The notes beneath the pieces are model-generated. The model was not told the origin of the DNA and did no database searches. It saw only the letters and a program-made list of their open reading frames with translations. A stretch of 64,000 nt of DNA from NCBI GenBank assembly GCA_047967505.1, contig CM106538.1; one strand, written 5' to 3'. Source of the DNA: Dipteris shenzhenensis. Lineage: Eukaryota. Shown here piece after piece: positions 61,487 to 64,000 of the stretch (positions are counted from its first letter, which is position 1; every line of letters begins with the position of its first letter). Both the position numbers and the translations under genes were made by a program.

Positions 61487-62137
61487 CTCGATGGCCCAAT
61501 TTTCTTTGTATTTGCTCGATATTTACTTCAGGATCCATCCAGCTGCATTGGTGTCAGTGGCCTCCATCACAATTATCATCACCAGAAAAATGGTTTTCTA
61601 CGAGCAAAGGTGTCCTGGGGGCGGGACCAAGTGGTATGCTATCCGCTGATGCAATTGTAAGTGAGACAGGTGCGTTACATGTTGCTGGAGTTCCTATTGG
61701 AAATCCATCAACTGTTGTCATATGGGAGATCAGTCCATTCTATGGGGATAATAGTCAAGGGAACAACCATCAAAGCCCATCGAAATTTGGGATGGGCAAT
61801 CACTCATCGCCTTCAGTGTTTAATGCTGCTTCCTGCCCGGGAATTGCTCCACTGCCTGCATTTTTACTAACTTGGCATGAAGGTTTAGGCTTTGATTTGA
61901 AGCAGGGTTCAGACCCTTCTAACATAGATGGGAAAACATATGCTGATGTAAGACCTCGGCAACCCCATATAGATATCGAAAATGAAGATGGCCCAATCCT
62001 GCAGTGCTCACCGGTATCTAATTTGTCTGCATATGTGGCTCCTGAAACAACAACAGCTGGATGGGGTTCAGGAGTTGGTGCTGTTGCTTTTGATCCATCA
62101 AAAGGAGGTTCAGTCTTGGTGCTCTTGATAACGGAGG
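61487..62137 (+). CDS. MED16: MED16/SFR6 internal coding exon
   Basis: gtgcag acceptor, gtaggt donor. Encodes (A)RWPNFLCICSIFTSGSIQLHW...KWFSTSKGVLGAGPSG...CSPVSNLSAYV...WGSGVGAVAFDP...ITE. Phase 1/1. Confidence 0.96.
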
Positions 62138-62580
62138 GTAGGTCATTTGGTTTTTCCTTTCGTCTTTACCAAATCCTGAATTTCAGTATATTCAACCTTT
62201 CCTAGTTTCACCTTAGCTATTTTTAAAAAAGCGTATAATATTTCTAACAGCATCCCAACAGCATATTTCTAAGCATGTATGCTGTTGTATCAAGAAAGGT
62301 TTGCGCTCTTTTTTTGAAAAAAGTAGACTGGGCTGAAACTCTATGTTTTTTGATAAGCATCAGACAAGCCTTTGCAAATGGATTATATTTGCTTGTTGGA
62401 AGAAAATCTAGTGAATGAGCAGATAGTTTGATCTTCTCATTATGTCATAACCGTCAGTTGACTTTCTGTATGTTGTGCTTGACGGTGCAATTTGCTTCGT
62501 TCCGAATTTATAAAGATTTATTTTGTGCTTCTAACTGGTCCTCCAAGTATCTTATTAAAATGATTGCAAGCTGATTACAG

Positions 62581-63172
62581 GCCATTATTTTTCACCGACT
62601 TATCCTGATGAGAGGTCTTCCATCACGGGATTTAGAGTGCAACGCTGGGAGAGTTCACAGCAAAAAGTGGCTATACATCCACTGTTTGAACCTGCTGCCA
62701 CAAGCTATTCTGGTTCATCACCTCCCACAACAACAATGTGGAAGGCCACTGCAGAGAAATTCATCCCAGCTATTAAAAGTTTCACAGGGGAAGAAACAGC
62801 TGCAGGCGATTCTGGTGCTAGTAACGAATCACGTTGGCAGTTGGCAGCAGATCGACCAAGCACTGTTAGACCTCGTTCAAAGCTGACGTTTTCAGCCCAT
62901 GGAGCAGAATTGTCTGCAGCTACTCCTTTTGGAGATGTTCATATTTACTGTGGTTCTAGTCTTACTCCTATGGACAGCTATTGTATTAGAATGGGCCTTT
63001 TGTGTGCTGCTCCCGCCTTTTCACCAACTGGGTGCTGTTTGAGTACAGTTTGGCATGACCGTAAGAGGGATTGCAGTGCCTTGAAAATAATTCGGGTTAA
63101 TCCACCAGCAGTTCCTGGTGTGCAAGCAACCAGCACTTCTACTACAGCTTGGGAACGTGGCTTAGCTGATAG
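62581..63172 (+). CDS. MED16: MED16/SFR6 internal coding exon (last in window; the gene continues)
   Basis: ttacag acceptor, gtagac donor. Encodes (G)HYFSPTYPDERSSITGFRVQRWESS...SAHGAE...APAFSPTGCC..VWHD...WERGLAD(R). Phase 1 in, phase 2 out. Confidence 0.95.
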
Positions 63173-63787
63173 GTAGACTCTTCACTTGCTTTCAATATTT
63201 AGTTATAGTTACAGAAGAATACTGATAACAAATTTGGGTTCAAAGCAAAGATGTGTTAATTGGAATTGAATCTGGAATGAATGCAATGGCAATATCCCTT
63301 TAAGATTTTCCAAGGGGTTAATGATTTATCATTTCTAAACCCCTTTAAGATTGTCGAAGGGGTTTCAAAGGGTTAATAATTAGTCATTTATGAACCCCAA
63401 AGTAACAAACGTCATCATTTGAACAAACAAGCATTTGGAGCATCCTCATGGTACAAGCTTTATGAGGTCTCAGGTCAAGGAGAGCCTACATTGGCTTGGT
63501 TTAGACCTGTTCCATCTTCGTCTTCAATGCTAGGGTTGGTTGCCTTGATTTGTGCTAGAGTCTCACTGTACGTATCCTCCTCATTTTGAGCTAGCCTTCA
63601 GGGAAGCCTCCTATTCTGATCTTCAATGGCTTTGTACTCCTTAATCTCAGACTGGATGTCCGTTTTTTGCAGCCCATAGCTGAAACTAACCCCTAGGGTC
63701 GTGCTGGGGGTGGGAAGAGACCGGGGACCTGAGTGGAGAGACTGCACAAGGACTTGAGCGGGGAATTAAGCTAGGCGGAGCTCGGGA

Positions 63788-64000
63788 GAAAGAAAGAAAG
63801 AAAGAAATTTTATTAGAGTCTTCGGAAGACCGATGGGTCTATGAGACTGAAAGAAAACCTGATACAAATCACAGTAAGGGTGGAGCTACTGAAGTCTGAA
63901 ATGAGCATCATCACCCGTGCTGAACCCTAAGTCTGATCATACATAATCAAATACATCTGGATGTAACCACCGTGACTCCCATGGGATGTATCCCGGCTCT
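63788..64000 (-). mobile_element. RTEX-family 3' end with (TTTC)n tail, running off the window
   Basis: (GAAA)n followed by gtcttcggaagaccgatgggtctatgagact. Confidence 0.75.

Overview
Eukaryotic land-plant genomic DNA, probably from a non-seed plant with a large genome (an inference from intron size, RTEX-type LINEs and protein divergence). The whole 64 kb lies inside one + strand gene, MED16/SFR6 (Mediator tail subunit). Six internal coding exons (931-1019, 20079-20191, 29049-29150, 38664-38748, 61487-62137, 62581-63172; 1,632 nt, about 2.6% of the window) join through canonical GT-AG sites with matching phases into one open frame. Four introns (about 19.1, 8.9, 9.5 and 22.7 kb) are packed with nested retroelements: two full-length and one truncated Ty1/copia, a gag-only TR-GAG-like element, a chromodomain Ty3/gypsy with a shared middle LTR, L1-clade LINEs and an RTEX-type LINE family. 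The most striking unexplained signal is in the near full-length RTEX element. A conserved motif just before its (TTTC)n tail is complementary to the ORF1-stop/ORF2-start junction about 4 kb away, over 13 + 7 bp with the A-U of the AUG unpaired, suggesting a long-range RNA switch controlling ORF2. The second is dense CCGTAC/GTAC arrays (SBP/SPL-box core) in the leaders of several LTR elements. No rRNA, tRNA or CRISPR was seen. TE boundaries without a TSD, and all counts, are by-eye estimates.
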